Positions 47,782 through 58,370 of a stretch of DNA of 64,000 bases are shown in pieces. Within the stretch, counting starts at the first letter, position 1, and each line of letters begins with the position of its first letter. Under the pieces are notes generated by a model. That model did no database searches and was not told the origin of the DNA. It was given only the letters and a program-made list of their open reading frames with translations. Source of the DNA: Gammaproteobacteria bacterium (GTDB lineage: Bacteria; Pseudomonadota; Gammaproteobacteria; Natronospirales; REEB76); assembly GCA_049591615.1 (NCBI GenBank), contig JBAWFD010000078.1:5340-69339 (forward strand), written 5' to 3'. A program made the position numbers and the translations under genes.

Positions 47782-50322
47782 GTGTTAACCGTCATCACTA
47801 TCCTCTGGGTCCTGGCCTTTATCATCGGCAGCCTGGTGCTCGCTTACCAGCGACGGTCGTTATTGACCAGCACCGCTGCCTACGGGGTATTCGTGCTGTT
47901 GTACAGCCTGTGGGCCACCTATGGTGAAGGTACTGATTGGCTGGCGCTGCTGTTCTGGATCATTTTCCTGGCCATCGCCATCCCCCTGAATATCAAGGAG
48001 CTGCGCCGTCACTGGATCAGCAAGCCGCTGCTGGATGTGTTCCGCCGGGTACTCCCGGAGATGTCCGAGACCGAGGCTGCGGCACTCGAAGCCGGCAGCG
48101 TATGGTGGGATGGAGAATTGTTCAGCGGCAAGCCTAACTGGAAGAAGCTGCTGGATACACCCGTGCCGAAATTAAGCGAGGAAGAACAAGCCTTCCTGGA
48201 TGGCCCAGTGGAAGAACTGTGCGGCATGCTCGACGAATGGAAGATCACCCACGAGTGGGGTGATCTGCCGCCCCCGGTGTGGGAGTTCCTCAAGAAAAAT
48301 GGCTTCTTCGCCTACATCATCCCAAAACAATACGGCGGCAAACAGTTCTCGGCGCTCATGAATTCCGAGACCCTGGCGAAAGTGGCGACCTGCAGCCCGA
48401 CGGCCGCTTCCATCATGGCGGTACCCAATTCCCTCGGTCCTGCAGAGTTGTTGCTGCGCTACGGTACCGAAGAACAGAAGAACCATTATCTGCCGCGGCT
48501 GGCTTCCGGCGAAGATGTACCGTGCTTCGCACTGACTTCGCCGACTGCCGGCTCCGACGCCGGCGCCATTACCGACTACGGCGTGATCTGCAAAGGCCTA
48601 TGGGAAGGCAAGGAGATCACCGGCATCCGTCTCAACTGGGACAAACGTTACATCACTCTGGCCCCCATCGCGACCCTCATCGGATTGGCTTTCAAACTCT
48701 ATGATCCCGAACACTTGGTGGGCACCAAGGATGAATACGGCATTACCTGTGCGCTCATCCCACGCAACTTGTCCGGCATCCGTATCGGCCGGCGGCATTT
48801 TCCGCTCAATATTCCGTTCCAGAACGGCCCGCTCCACGGCAAAGATGTTTTCGTTCCGGTCGATGCCATCATCGGCGGCATGCTGATGGCGGGCAAGGGC
48901 TGGCGCATGCTGATGGAATGCCTGGGTGCCGGCCGCGCCATTTCCCTGCCATCCAACACCACCGGCGGTGCGCGCCTGGGCGTATACACCACCGGTGCCT
49001 ATACGCGCGTCCGCAAGCAGTTCAACTTGGCCATCGCCAACTTCGAAGGCATCGACGAAGTGTTGGGGCGCATGGGCGGCTTGCTGTATTCCATGGAAGC
49101 GGTACGCACCATGACTGCCGCATCCATTGACCAGGGCGAGGAACCGGCAGTGTGCGCTGCGATTTCCAAATATCACGTCACCGAGATGGGCCGTATGGTC
49201 GGCAACGACGCCATGGATATACATGGCGGCAAGGGCATCCAGCTCGGGCCGCGAAATTATCTGGCGCGCGGCTATGAATCGATCCCCATCGCCATCACCG
49301 TGGAAGGCGCCAACATCCTGACGCGCAATTTGATGATCTACGGCCAGGGTGCCATACGTTGCCATCCGTATGTGCTCAAGGAAATGCGCGCCGCTTCCAT
49401 GGCTGAACATGCGAGCGCCGCTGCGGCAGCGGCCAGTAGCGATGAACAGCGCGCCGCGGTTGCCAGTGAACATCAGGATGCCCTCAGGCAATTCGATGAT
49501 GCGGTGTTCGGTCACATCGGGCTGGCGCTCAGTAATACGGCGCGTTCATTGATCCTGGCACTCACCAATGCAAAATTCGTGCGCGTACCGATTCAAGGCC
49601 CGACCCGGCGTTTCTACCAACATATCAACCGTTTCAGCGCCGCCTTTGTGTTGGCATCGGACGCTGCCATGCTGACCCTGGGTGGTGCACTCAAGCGCAA
49701 AGAAAAACTCTCGGCACGCCTCGGCGACATGCTCAGCTATATGTATATCGCTTCCGCCGTACTCAAGCGTTACGAGGACCAAGGCCGGCAGAGCGAAGAC
49801 CTGCCGCTGGTGGAATGGTCCTGCCGCCAGGCGCTTTATCATCTGCAGGAACAGATGCACGGGTTTCTGCGCAATTTCCCCAATCGTCCGGTTGCTATCG
49901 TGCTGCGCTTCATGATCTTCACTCGCGGGCGAATGTATTCAGCGCCCCACGATGAATGCGGCCACCGCATCGCAGAGTTGCTGAGCACCCCCAGCACTGC
50001 CCGCGCACGCCTGACCCGCAACACCTACACCGGCGATAAACACAGCCCCGTGGGTATGTTCGCGGAAGCCCTCGAACTTGCCATCAAGCTGGAATCCGTG
50101 GAGAAAAAAATCCACATCGCCATCCGCGCAGGCGAACTCAAGCTGGCACCGCAGGAATCACCAGTGGACGCAGCCCGCAAAATGGGCATCATCGGCGATC
50201 CCGAAGTTCAGCAACTGCGGCGATTGCAAGAACTTACCCACGAAATTTGCGCAGTGGATGATTTCGCCCCGGACGAACTGGGAACCAAGCCTTTCCCCCA
50301 GACCCATCCCGCACAGGGATAA
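47782..50322 (+). CDS. fadE: Large membrane-associated acyl-CoA dehydrogenase
   Basis: 846 aa, GTG start. The N-terminal TM region and SETEAAALEAGSVWWDGELF parallel E. coli FadE. A central ACAD fold and the FadE-specific C-terminal domain follow. Confidence 0.9.
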   Translation: MLTVITILWVLAFIIGSLVLAYQRRSLLTSTAAYGVFVLLYSLWATYGEGTDWLALLFWIIFLAIAIPLNIKELRRHWISKPLLDVFRRVLPEMSETEAAALEAGSVWWDGELFSGKPNWKKLLDTPVPKLSEEEQAFLDGPVEELCGMLDEWKITHEWGDLPPPVWEFLKKNGFFAYIIPKQYGGKQFSALMNSETLAKVATCSPTAASIMAVPNSLGPAELLLRYGTEEQKNHYLPRLASGEDVPCFALTSPTAGSDAGAITDYGVICKGLWEGKEITGIRLNWDKRYITLAPIATLIGLAFKLYDPEHLVGTKDEYGITCALIPRNLSGIRIGRRHFPLNIPFQNGPLHGKDVFVPVDAIIGGMLMAGKGWRMLMECLGAGRAISLPSNTTGGARLGVYTTGAYTRVRKQFNLAIANFEGIDEVLGRMGGLLYSMEAVRTMTAASIDQGEEPAVCAAISKYHVTEMGRMVGNDAMDIHGGKGIQLGPRNYLARGYESIPIAITVEGANILTRNLMIYGQGAIRCHPYVLKEMRAASMAEHASAAAAAASSDEQRAAVASEHQDALRQFDDAVFGHIGLALSNTARSLILALTNAKFVRVPIQGPTRRFYQHINRFSAAFVLASDAAMLTLGGALKRKEKLSARLGDMLSYMYIASAVLKRYEDQGRQSEDLPLVEWSCRQALYHLQEQMHGFLRNFPNRPVAIVLRFMIFTRGRMYSAPHDECGHRIAELLSTPSTARARLTRNTYTGDKHSPVGMFAEALELAIKLESVEKKIHIAIRAGELKLAPQESPVDAARKMGIIGDPEVQQLRRLQELTHEICAVDDFAPDELGTKPFPQTHPAQG

Positions 50323-50363
50323 CTGCCTAGTCAGCTCAACAACGGTCCACCCGGTTACCAAGC

Positions 50364-51701
50364 ATGGCAAGAAACGCCGTCATCTATGAAGTCACGGTCG
50401 ATGCCGACGCGGGCAGCAGTGCGAATCTCGACGCCTGGCTGGAAACGCATGTGCATGACATGCTGCAGCTGCCGGGCTTCCTGGACGCAAAGATACTGCG
50501 CCCGAAGACGCAGACTGCTTCCGCGGACAGCAACATGTCGGTGCGTCGGGTGGTGCGCTACAAGCTCACCAGCCGCACCGACCTCGAGCATTATTTTCAG
50601 GAACATGCCAAGCGCATGCGCGCTGAAGCAGTGGCGCGCTTTGGCCAAGGCCTGCGCACCAGTCGCCGGGTGCTGGATAGACACGGGACGGAATTGCCGG
50701 ATATCGACCTCTCCGCAGCATCACCCACAACACTCGAACCTATAGCGTTGCATTGCCTTAACTGTGGTGCGCCGCTGGCCGGAAAATTCTGCGCCAACTG
50801 CGGCCAGCAGAATCATACCTATGCGGCACCTTTATGGCCGGTCATCAATGATTTCTTCGGCAACCATTTCGGTTTCGACACCAAGTTTTTCCATAGTATC
50901 CTGCCGCTGCTGTTTCGGCCGGGATTCCTATCGCGTGAGTATTCCGCCGGACGGCGCGTGCGCTATATCAATCCATTGCGGTTGTACATCTTCAGCAGCA
51001 TCGTACTGTTTTTCATTGCCTGGACCGTGGCATCCCCGCAAATAGCCAGATTCAACAATGCGAACTGTATTGGCGAGACGAACTGTCATGCAACCAGCAA
51101 GTTACTCACGCCTGATCAGCAGAACATGAATGCCAATCCCAATGTCTCGGACAAACAACGGCAAGCTATTGCTAACCTCACACAAAACATAAAAGCTAGT
51201 GGCGCGGCTACTAAAGCCCAAAATGACACAGTCACTGGAACACTGTTCGGTAAAAAATTCGAGATGTCCAAAACCGAATTCACGAACCGGCTCATCCATG
51301 ACTTCGAGACCTACCTGCCGAAGATGATGTTCGTGTTCCTGCCGTTAGTGGCACTACTGTTGAAACTGTTCTATATACGTTCGAAACGCTACTACATGGA
51401 ACACCTGATATTCACTCTGCATAATCATGCCTTCATATACACTGCCATGATCTGCATGCTGCTGGCTGGGATGTTAGGCACTCATTTCTCGTGGCTGGCA
51501 ACTGCAACTCACTACTTCAATGACGTGGTCGGCTGGTATCTGGTGGTTTATATCTTCCTGGCCATGCTGTTCTATTACCGTCAGTCCTTCATCAAGACGC
51601 TGGTCAAGTTCCTGCTTCTGGGTTTCATCTACTGGCTGGCGCTTATAACTACATTCGTACTGGGAGTCGTGCTGATACTTACAGAAGTTCTGGCGGTTTA
51701 G
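50364..51701 (+). CDS. Fusion protein: DUF4286-like N-domain + zinc ribbon + DUF3667-like polytopic membrane domain
   Basis: Residues 1-105 (VIYEVTVDAD...WLETHVHDMLQLPGFLDAKI) resemble DUF4286/Dabb-fold proteins. They are followed by CLNCGAPLAGKFCANCGQ and a membrane region with YINPLRLY. Confidence 0.6.
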   Translation: MARNAVIYEVTVDADAGSSANLDAWLETHVHDMLQLPGFLDAKILRPKTQTASADSNMSVRRVVRYKLTSRTDLEHYFQEHAKRMRAEAVARFGQGLRTSRRVLDRHGTELPDIDLSAASPTTLEPIALHCLNCGAPLAGKFCANCGQQNHTYAAPLWPVINDFFGNHFGFDTKFFHSILPLLFRPGFLSREYSAGRRVRYINPLRLYIFSSIVLFFIAWTVASPQIARFNNANCIGETNCHATSKLLTPDQQNMNANPNVSDKQRQAIANLTQNIKASGAATKAQNDTVTGTLFGKKFEMSKTEFTNRLIHDFETYLPKMMFVFLPLVALLLKLFYIRSKRYYMEHLIFTLHNHAFIYTAMICMLLAGMLGTHFSWLATATHYFNDVVGWYLVVYIFLAMLFYYRQSFIKTLVKFLLLGFIYWLALITTFVLGVVLILTEVLAV

Positions 51702-53548
51702 GCGCACACCCGGTTGCGTCCGGAATGTTTGGCTGCATAGAGTTTTTCATCGGCAGCCGCTATCAATACATCCACTCCATAACCTGGGGGGGCGGCAGCC
51801 ACCCCGAAACTGATGGTGACCTTCAACCCCGGTTCGAGCCGGTCCCACTCATAGGATTCCACCTGCAGACGGATCTTTTCGCAGACCGCTGCGGCGTTTT
51901 GACGTGAGGTCTCAGGGAAGCACAACAGGAACTCCTCGCCGCCATAACGGGCGATAATGTCGATGGATCGGCATTGCGCGCGCAGGATATTCGCCATTAC
52001 CCGCAGCACATCGTCGCCCACCATGTGCGAGAACCGGTCATTGACAACCTTGAAGTGATCGATGTCCGCCATCACCAGGGCCAGATCACGCTTGTAGCGC
52101 TCCGCGCGGCTGACTTCAAGACTGAGCCGGCTGTCCAGATAGCGGCGGTTGTACAGGCCGGTCAGGCCATCCTCGAGGGTCTGGCGCTGCAACCTGAGTA
52201 GCAACTCTTCCTTCTCCCGATTGGTGCTGCGCAGCGATTCGGTGAGTGCGTGCAGCTCGTCTTTCTGCTCCGCCAGGTCTCGGGTGCGCGCGCTCACCCG
52301 CTGTTCCAGTTCGCTGCGGCCGCGCTCCAGTTCTTCAAACAAACGTGCATTGGCGATGGCAATGGCCGCCTGGCTGGCGAATGTCATCAACAAATTGACG
52401 TGCGACTCACTGAACATGTTGCCGGTATAGCTTTGTACGCTCAAAACCCCCAAGACACGTTCGCGATAAGCCATAGGCACTGCGATCAGCGACTGTGTCT
52501 GCGGAGTGTCGCCAATGTTGATGATGATGCGCTTGAATTCGCTGCCTTCTTGCTGCCAATTGCGGATAAAAGCCGGTTGGTTGTGGCTCACCACCCAGCC
52601 CATGATGCCCACTCCCAGACTCTGGCGGCGCTGCGGCTGGCGTCCCTGCGGATTGTGATGCAAGCGTAAATCGATTTCCCGCGAGCTATCGTCATACAGC
52701 GCTAGCATGAAGGTATCGAACACCACCAGACTGCGGCTCTCACGAAAGATCAACTCCAGTAGTTCATCCAGAACCAGCGAGCTGCTGACCGCCTTACCGA
52801 CACGGTTCACCGCCACCAGTTCATCCACCTTCTTTTCCAACGCACGCCGTGTATCTGCCAGACGTTTCACGATCAGCACGATCAGCGCCAACACAATAAG
52901 AAACAGCACAAACGTAATTGTATCCAGCCGGTTGTAGACCAGTGCCGTGAACACCGCAATTGGAATCGCAGCCAGATCGACCACGGCGGCGAAGAACCCG
53001 AAGGCTTTGTGCCAATCGTAGTTTTCAAGCCAGGCGATGACCGCCAGAAACAAAGTATTGAGAAATTGCATGATAATCGCCAGAACGACGATTAGCAGCA
53101 CATTGCGCGTGTTGAGTTGCAGGAGCGGCACATCGCCGCCGAAGGACTGATACAAGCCACCGGTGGCCAGGATGACAATCACCATCATTCCGGAATTGTG
53201 CAAGGCACGCACAAACATGAGTCGCATGCCATTGCGCGCATTACCCCATGGCAGCAGCGGCCAGATGAATGCCGCGATGCCCACTATCCAGGCAGCCTGC
53301 AGCGTACCGAAGATCAATATGCTCGCGAACTGCACGACTCTATCAAGCGACACATAACCCACATGCGGTGCCGGAAAGCCGAAGGCTGCGACCGCGACTC
53401 CAAACAACACAAAACCGACAAATGCCGGCGGACTGGCTATCTGCAGGCCTGCGTGCCACGACAGAAAGGTCAATACCGCCAGACCAACGGCGGCCAGCAG
53501 TCCAGTGTAGAGCAGCGATATGTGCGGGACGTTTCTTATATTGAGCAT
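51698..53548 (-). CDS. Membrane-bound diguanylate cyclase (multi-TM sensor - GAF - GGDEF)
   Basis: 616 aa with an N-terminal half of about 7 TM helices and a GAF-like region. The GGDEF domain has active-site GGEEF and an I-site RSID five residues upstream. Confidence 0.85.
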   Translation of the reverse strand: MLNIRNVPHISLLYTGLLAAVGLAVLTFLSWHAGLQIASPPAFVGFVLFGVAVAAFGFPAPHVGYVSLDRVVQFASILIFGTLQAAWIVGIAAFIWPLLPWGNARNGMRLMFVRALHNSGMMVIVILATGGLYQSFGGDVPLLQLNTRNVLLIVVLAIIMQFLNTLFLAVIAWLENYDWHKAFGFFAAVVDLAAIPIAVFTALVYNRLDTITFVLFLIVLALIVLIVKRLADTRRALEKKVDELVAVNRVGKAVSSSLVLDELLELIFRESRSLVVFDTFMLALYDDSSREIDLRLHHNPQGRQPQRRQSLGVGIMGWVVSHNQPAFIRNWQQEGSEFKRIIINIGDTPQTQSLIAVPMAYRERVLGVLSVQSYTGNMFSESHVNLLMTFASQAAIAIANARLFEELERGRSELEQRVSARTRDLAEQKDELHALTESLRSTNREKEELLLRLQRQTLEDGLTGLYNRRYLDSRLSLEVSRAERYKRDLALVMADIDHFKVVNDRFSHMVGDDVLRVMANILRAQCRSIDIIARYGGEEFLLCFPETSRQNAAAVCEKIRLQVESYEWDRLEPGLKVTISFGVAAAPPGYGVDVLIAAADEKLYAAKHSGRNRVCA

Positions 53549-53711
53549 AGCTTCCCCAAGCCCGGTCCCCGGAACACCTATGAAATAGGCAATATCGGGG
53601 GCGCAAGTATCCCATAAGTCTACAAAATATCACCTCTTCCGGCGGGAACCCACGTGCTAAACTGACAGCCTAACCCTTGGTAACCGGCTGTTTTACTGGG
53701 AAATCATACTC

Positions 53712-54266
53712 ATGAGACACCCATTCTTCATCGCCCTGGTGTGCTTATGCATCGCTCTCGTGGGTTGCGCACCGCGGGTGTATGTGGAACAAGACAGCAG
53801 CGCGCAGTTTTCGGGTCTGCACACCTTTGCATGGGTAAGTCCGCCGATAGGCAAGGTACGGGATCCGATTCTTGACAGCCAGATCCTCGAGCAACGGGTG
53901 CAACATGCCACGGTGACCAACCTTTCGGGTCGTGGTTACAAACAAATGACGCCTGAACAGAACCCTGATTTCATCATTACCTATCACATCGTCGGTAAGA
54001 CGCAATTGCAAAGCTCCGGCGGGAGTTTCAGTTTCGGATTCTTCGGTGCCTCGCCCAACAGATTCGGCAGCGTGGCCGTCGGCAACAACGTTCAAACCCA
54101 GGAACAGGGGACCTTGATGCTCGACATCATCAATGCCCACAACCAGCAGTTGATGTGGCGCGGCTGGACCAATGATGTGGTCAACCAGGATAATTATTCC
54201 GAAAGCGCGATAACCAAAACTGTAAATGCGATACTCGCCAAGTTTCCACCTAACCCCGCGACGTGA
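53712..54266 (+). CDS. DUF4136 family lipoprotein
   Basis: Lipobox IALVGC after a signal sequence. TFAW and the overall size are typical of DUF4136. Confidence 0.7.
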   Translation: MRHPFFIALVCLCIALVGCAPRVYVEQDSSAQFSGLHTFAWVSPPIGKVRDPILDSQILEQRVQHATVTNLSGRGYKQMTPEQNPDFIITYHIVGKTQLQSSGGSFSFGFFGASPNRFGSVAVGNNVQTQEQGTLMLDIINAHNQQLMWRGWTNDVVNQDNYSESAITKTVNAILAKFPPNPAT

Positions 54267-54497
54267 ACCGTGGTGTCCATGGCTTTGTGGGCCTTCAACA
54301 ACCACCTTTTACAAAGGTATGTCCAAAGGTGCTGCGTTCCGAGTCACCAGTTAATTAACTTTAAAAAATCACGGTTTCCAACATCCCCATGATTGTCAGA
54401 GCTTGGTTGAGATTAAAGTAATGTTGCCGGTCTCTGAATGCAGATATACAGACACGGCATGGCTTCCCATCTTTTCTTATCTTAAGCGCCTGGATCC

Positions 54498-55646
54498 ATG
54501 AACCCACGACTGGTGGCACACGTGGATATGGATGCGTTCTATGCATCCGTTGAACAGCATGATCATCCGGAACTCATGGGTCAGGCGGTCATCGTGGGCG
54601 GCTCCAGCCGCCGCAGTGTGGTGTGTGCCGCCAGTTACGAAGCGCGCGTCTTTGGTGTGCATGCAGCCATGCCGATGTATGCAGCACGCCGCCGCTGTCC
54701 GGATGGCAGGTATCTGCCGGTACGCATGGCACGCTACCGGGAAGTGTCTGCAGCTGTGTTCAGTTGTTTAACGGGGTTCACATCTCGCATCGAGGGCCTG
54801 TCCCTGGACGAGGCGTTCTTAGATTTGAGTGATAGTTTGCAAACCGACGATCCGCTCGGCCTCGGGTGCGACATCAAACAACGTATCCGCACGCACACGG
54901 GTCTGGCAGCCTCCGTAGGCCTCGGTCCTAACAAGTTGGTGGCTAAAATAGCTTGCGAGCGCAGCAAACCGGACGGCCTGCTGCATATATCCGCGGAGCA
55001 CGTGCGTGAAACTCTTGACCCGCTGCCGGTGACGGCTCTCTGGGGTATCGGTCCGCGTACCGGCGCACAACTTGCACATAATGGGATCCACACTATCCGG
55101 GATCTGCGACTCGCACCTGAGCAGCTTGTGCAAGCACTGTTTGGTAACCAATCGTTTTTATTCCAATCACTAGCGGCAGGTCATGATGAACGCACTGTGG
55201 GCCCGAATACGGGTGAGCGTTCCGTGAGTCAAGAAACCACCTTCGAACTTGACCTGACGGATCTGCAGACGCTTGCGCATAAATTAGGTCCGCTCACTGA
55301 AGGATTGTGCGCCATCCTGCGACGTGATGATCTATTGCCTAATACCCTGGTACTCAAACTGCGTACCACGGATTTCCACCGTCACACGCGCCAACAGCGT
55401 TTTACCCCGCCGGCTAATAGTTTCGCGGTGCTCTGGCCTTTGGCCAAGTCGCTGCTTCGTCAGTGGCTTGAAGAAAACCCAGGTCAGGCTTTACGGCTCA
55501 TCGGCATCGGTGCCCGGGATTTCACCACGCGCGACCAGCTTGCCCTGTTCGAGGATGGCTTGAACCGTAATCGTCGCCTGGATTCAACCACGGCTGCAAT
55601 CCAGTTGCGCTTCGGTGAACGCGCAGTCCGTCGCGGTATGCCCTGA
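54498..55646 (+). CDS. dinB: DNA polymerase IV
   Basis: 382 aa with VDMDAFYASVEQ and SLDEAFLD catalytic motifs and Y-family architecture. Confidence 0.92.
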   Translation: MNPRLVAHVDMDAFYASVEQHDHPELMGQAVIVGGSSRRSVVCAASYEARVFGVHAAMPMYAARRRCPDGRYLPVRMARYREVSAAVFSCLTGFTSRIEGLSLDEAFLDLSDSLQTDDPLGLGCDIKQRIRTHTGLAASVGLGPNKLVAKIACERSKPDGLLHISAEHVRETLDPLPVTALWGIGPRTGAQLAHNGIHTIRDLRLAPEQLVQALFGNQSFLFQSLAAGHDERTVGPNTGERSVSQETTFELDLTDLQTLAHKLGPLTEGLCAILRRDDLLPNTLVLKLRTTDFHRHTRQQRFTPPANSFAVLWPLAKSLLRQWLEENPGQALRLIGIGARDFTTRDQLALFEDGLNRNRRLDSTTAAIQLRFGERAVRRGMP

Positions 55647-55672
55647 CACAGGAAATAGGGCATCATAAATCC

Positions 55673-57277
55673 ATGTACACCGCATATTTCGGTCTCAGCG
55701 ACAAGCCTTTCAGCATCACGCCGGATCCGCGTTACCTGTTTCTTTCTGGCCGGCACACGGAAGCACTCGCCCACCTTTTATACGGTGTCACCGAGAGCGG
55801 CGGTTTCATCCAACTCACCGGCGAGGTCGGTACCGGCAAGACCACCCTGATTCGCAGCCTGCTGGAGAAGCTCCCGGACACGGTGGACGCGGCGCTCATC
55901 ATCAACCCACGCGTGACCATCCCGGAATTTCTCCGCAGCATCTGCCATGAGTTGCATATCGCGTGCACGCCACAACAGAGTTCCCAGGACCTCATCGATG
56001 CGCTGAATGCGCGTCTGCTGGAAGCCCACGCTAAAGGCCGGCGCGTGGTACTCATCATCGACGAAGCCCAGGCCCTGACTGGCGAAGTACTGGAGCAAGT
56101 GCGGCTGCTGACCAATCTGGAAACCAGCCGCCAGAAACTCCTGCAGATCATCCTGGTGGGCCAGCCCGAATTACGCGAACTGCTGGCGCGTACAGAGCTG
56201 CGCCAACTCTCGCAGCGTGTCACCGGGCGTTACCATCTGGAACCGCTATCCGCCAAGGAAACCCGCGCTTACGTGCACCACCGCTTGAACGTGGCGGGTG
56301 CCATGGCGCCGATATTCACCCTATCGGGACTGCGCGCGGTGCAGCACGTGACCGAAGGTATCCCACGGCTCATCAACATCATCTGTGACCGCGCCATGTT
56401 GGGTGCTTTTACCAATGAACTGCGCCAAGTAGATGCGGGCCTGGTGCGACGCGCAGCCCATGAAGTACTGGAGACCAAACCTGCGGGTGGCAACCGCAAA
56501 ACCCTGGCCTGGCTCGGTGCTGCCGCAGTGATCCTGCTTTCTACAGTGACGGTGCTGGCCGCCATGGGCCATCTGGGCACATGGTCGCCGGACAAACCCG
56601 CAGTTTCGACAGGCAACGCCGCGCCTCCGGCGATCGCCAAATCCATGCTTGCACCCACAGCCATCAGCTGGCTGGCCGATGCCACCCACCCCACGGATAC
56701 CGATACCGCCTTCAGCGCCTTGTTCACCTTGTGGGGCGCGCACTACACGCCTGGTGGAGCCGGCAGCGGCTGCGAAGAAGCTCAATCCGTAGGCCTGCGC
56801 TGTTTGTACCGCAAGGGCACCTGGAACAATCTGCGCAGCTTCGACCGCCCCGCCATCATCACGCTGACGGATGCGCAGGGCGCACTACACCAGGTGGTGG
56901 TCACAGGACTGGATGCGGACAGCGTGAGCTTGCAAGCCGGGAATGACCGTATGCATTTCCCCATCAATGAACTGGATCCCTTATGGTACGGCGATTATCT
57001 TTTGTTGTGGAAACCAAACCCAAATGCGCCAGCTGCGCTCAACCCGGGCATGATCGGCACTGCCGTAGTTTGGTTGCGCACGCAGCTGTCGGCGCTAGAA
57101 CATACGCCCGATTCCGGCAACAGTACTTATGACATCAACCTGATGAATGCGGTGAAACAATTCCAGGCATCGCAACATTTGAAGGTGGATGGCATCGCCG
57201 GCGAAGAGACTCTGATCCATCTGAATACAGCCCTGAAAGTGAGTGGCACACCCCATCTCACACTCGCGGGGAACTGA
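55673..57277 (+). CDS. gspA: ExeA/GspA-type AAA ATPase with C-terminal peptidoglycan-binding domain
   Basis: N-terminus YFGLSDKPFSITPDPRYLF, Walker A GEVGTGKTT, Walker B LIIDEAQ, one TM helix, and C-terminal PG_binding_1-like VKQFQASQHLKVDGIAGEETL. Confidence 0.88.
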   Translation: MYTAYFGLSDKPFSITPDPRYLFLSGRHTEALAHLLYGVTESGGFIQLTGEVGTGKTTLIRSLLEKLPDTVDAALIINPRVTIPEFLRSICHELHIACTPQQSSQDLIDALNARLLEAHAKGRRVVLIIDEAQALTGEVLEQVRLLTNLETSRQKLLQIILVGQPELRELLARTELRQLSQRVTGRYHLEPLSAKETRAYVHHRLNVAGAMAPIFTLSGLRAVQHVTEGIPRLINIICDRAMLGAFTNELRQVDAGLVRRAAHEVLETKPAGGNRKTLAWLGAAAVILLSTVTVLAAMGHLGTWSPDKPAVSTGNAAPPAIAKSMLAPTAISWLADATHPTDTDTAFSALFTLWGAHYTPGGAGSGCEEAQSVGLRCLYRKGTWNNLRSFDRPAIITLTDAQGALHQVVVTGLDADSVSLQAGNDRMHFPINELDPLWYGDYLLLWKPNPNAPAALNPGMIGTAVVWLRTQLSALEHTPDSGNSTYDINLMNAVKQFQASQHLKVDGIAGEETLIHLNTALKVSGTPHLTLAGN

Positions 57278-57279
57278 GC

Positions 57280-57978
57280 ATGTCACTAATCCTTGATGCT
57301 CTGCGCAAATCGGAACGCACCCGCCAGCAAACGCTCACTGGCCAGCTGAGCGCCAGCGATGCTGCGCCCAGGCGCGCGCGCATTCCGGTACCATGGGCCA
57401 CACTCATCGGCATCCTGCTGGTCGCCAATGCCCTGGTGCTGACAATCATCTTCTGGCATGCACACACCAGCAATTCCGCTGCCGCTATTATGGAAACCCA
57501 GGCACCGGTTAAGGCGACTGCCACATTGATGGCCGCGCCGGTGTATCGCCCGGCCATACGCTCGTTAGCCGCGGAAGCTGCGGTCGATAACCCGACTGCG
57601 GCAGCAACCGTGGTTATACCCAATACAGTGTCTGCAAACGCGGCGTCAATTGCACCCGCCACGACGCCGGCAGAAACTGCGTCTTCCGTACCGACTCACG
57701 CTACCAGCGCGCCGCTCAGTTCAGCTGCGACCAGTGTGTCGATTGATGATGTCCCACCGCTCGACAGCCTGCCACTTGAATTTCAGCAATCACTGCCACC
57801 GCTGCATCTGGACGTCCACGGCTACGCGCAGAAACCCGCCGATCGTTTTGTGGTTATCAATATGCAGCGTTACCAGACCGGCGACACCCTCAAGGAAGGG
57901 CCTAAAATAATCGCCATCACTCCCCAGGGGGTAGTTCTGGATTACAACGGCCAGAGATTTCTCCTGCCTCGGCTCTGA
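57280..57978 (+). CDS. gspB: General secretion pathway protein B-like
   Basis: N-terminus MSLILDALRKSE, one TM helix, and C-terminus LHLDVHGYA...RFVVINMQRYQTGD typical of GspB/ExeB-like partners. It starts 2 nt after the gspA stop. Confidence 0.75.
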   Translation: MSLILDALRKSERTRQQTLTGQLSASDAAPRRARIPVPWATLIGILLVANALVLTIIFWHAHTSNSAAAIMETQAPVKATATLMAAPVYRPAIRSLAAEAAVDNPTAAATVVIPNTVSANAASIAPATTPAETASSVPTHATSAPLSSAATSVSIDDVPPLDSLPLEFQQSLPPLHLDVHGYAQKPADRFVVINMQRYQTGDTLKEGPKIIAITPQGVVLDYNGQRFLLPRL

Positions 57979-58370
57979 CTTCATTTCGGTTTTCCATATC
58001 AGTCTGCCTAATTATTTGCCGGGATAACAGTGGATCATCCCCCTATATTCCAGCGTAGATGTCCTGAGACGGGTACACAACCCACTTTGCATTTCTGATA
58101 GGGCATGCGTGTGCTCGAGAAATCCACAAATGAATCAGAGTTGTTTAATGATTTATTCAGCTCCGGCTGCCGGCGACAAGCTAAACCTAGTGCATGCGTT
58201 CTATTCGGAGAATGCGCTATGAGCGGCGGTAAACAATCAAATACGCGGCATCTACACTACATGCATACGCTGGCAAACGCGCCGGCATTGCCCACGTTGT
58301 TACAAAAAATCCCCAATCCAGTTCCGCAACAAGCCACGGCTTTCGCGCCCACGGCAGGCACTCACCATCC

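Noticed and set aside
54434-54451. Possible LexA/SOS box upstream of dinB (CTGAATGCAGATATACAG)
   Set aside because: It has CTG and CAG arms, but the spacer is 12 nt. The Gamma/Beta-proteobacterial consensus CTG-N10-CAG (CTGT-N8-ACAG) has 10 nt. No shifted register fits either. I did not call it; it would need a lineage-specific LexA motif model to revisit.
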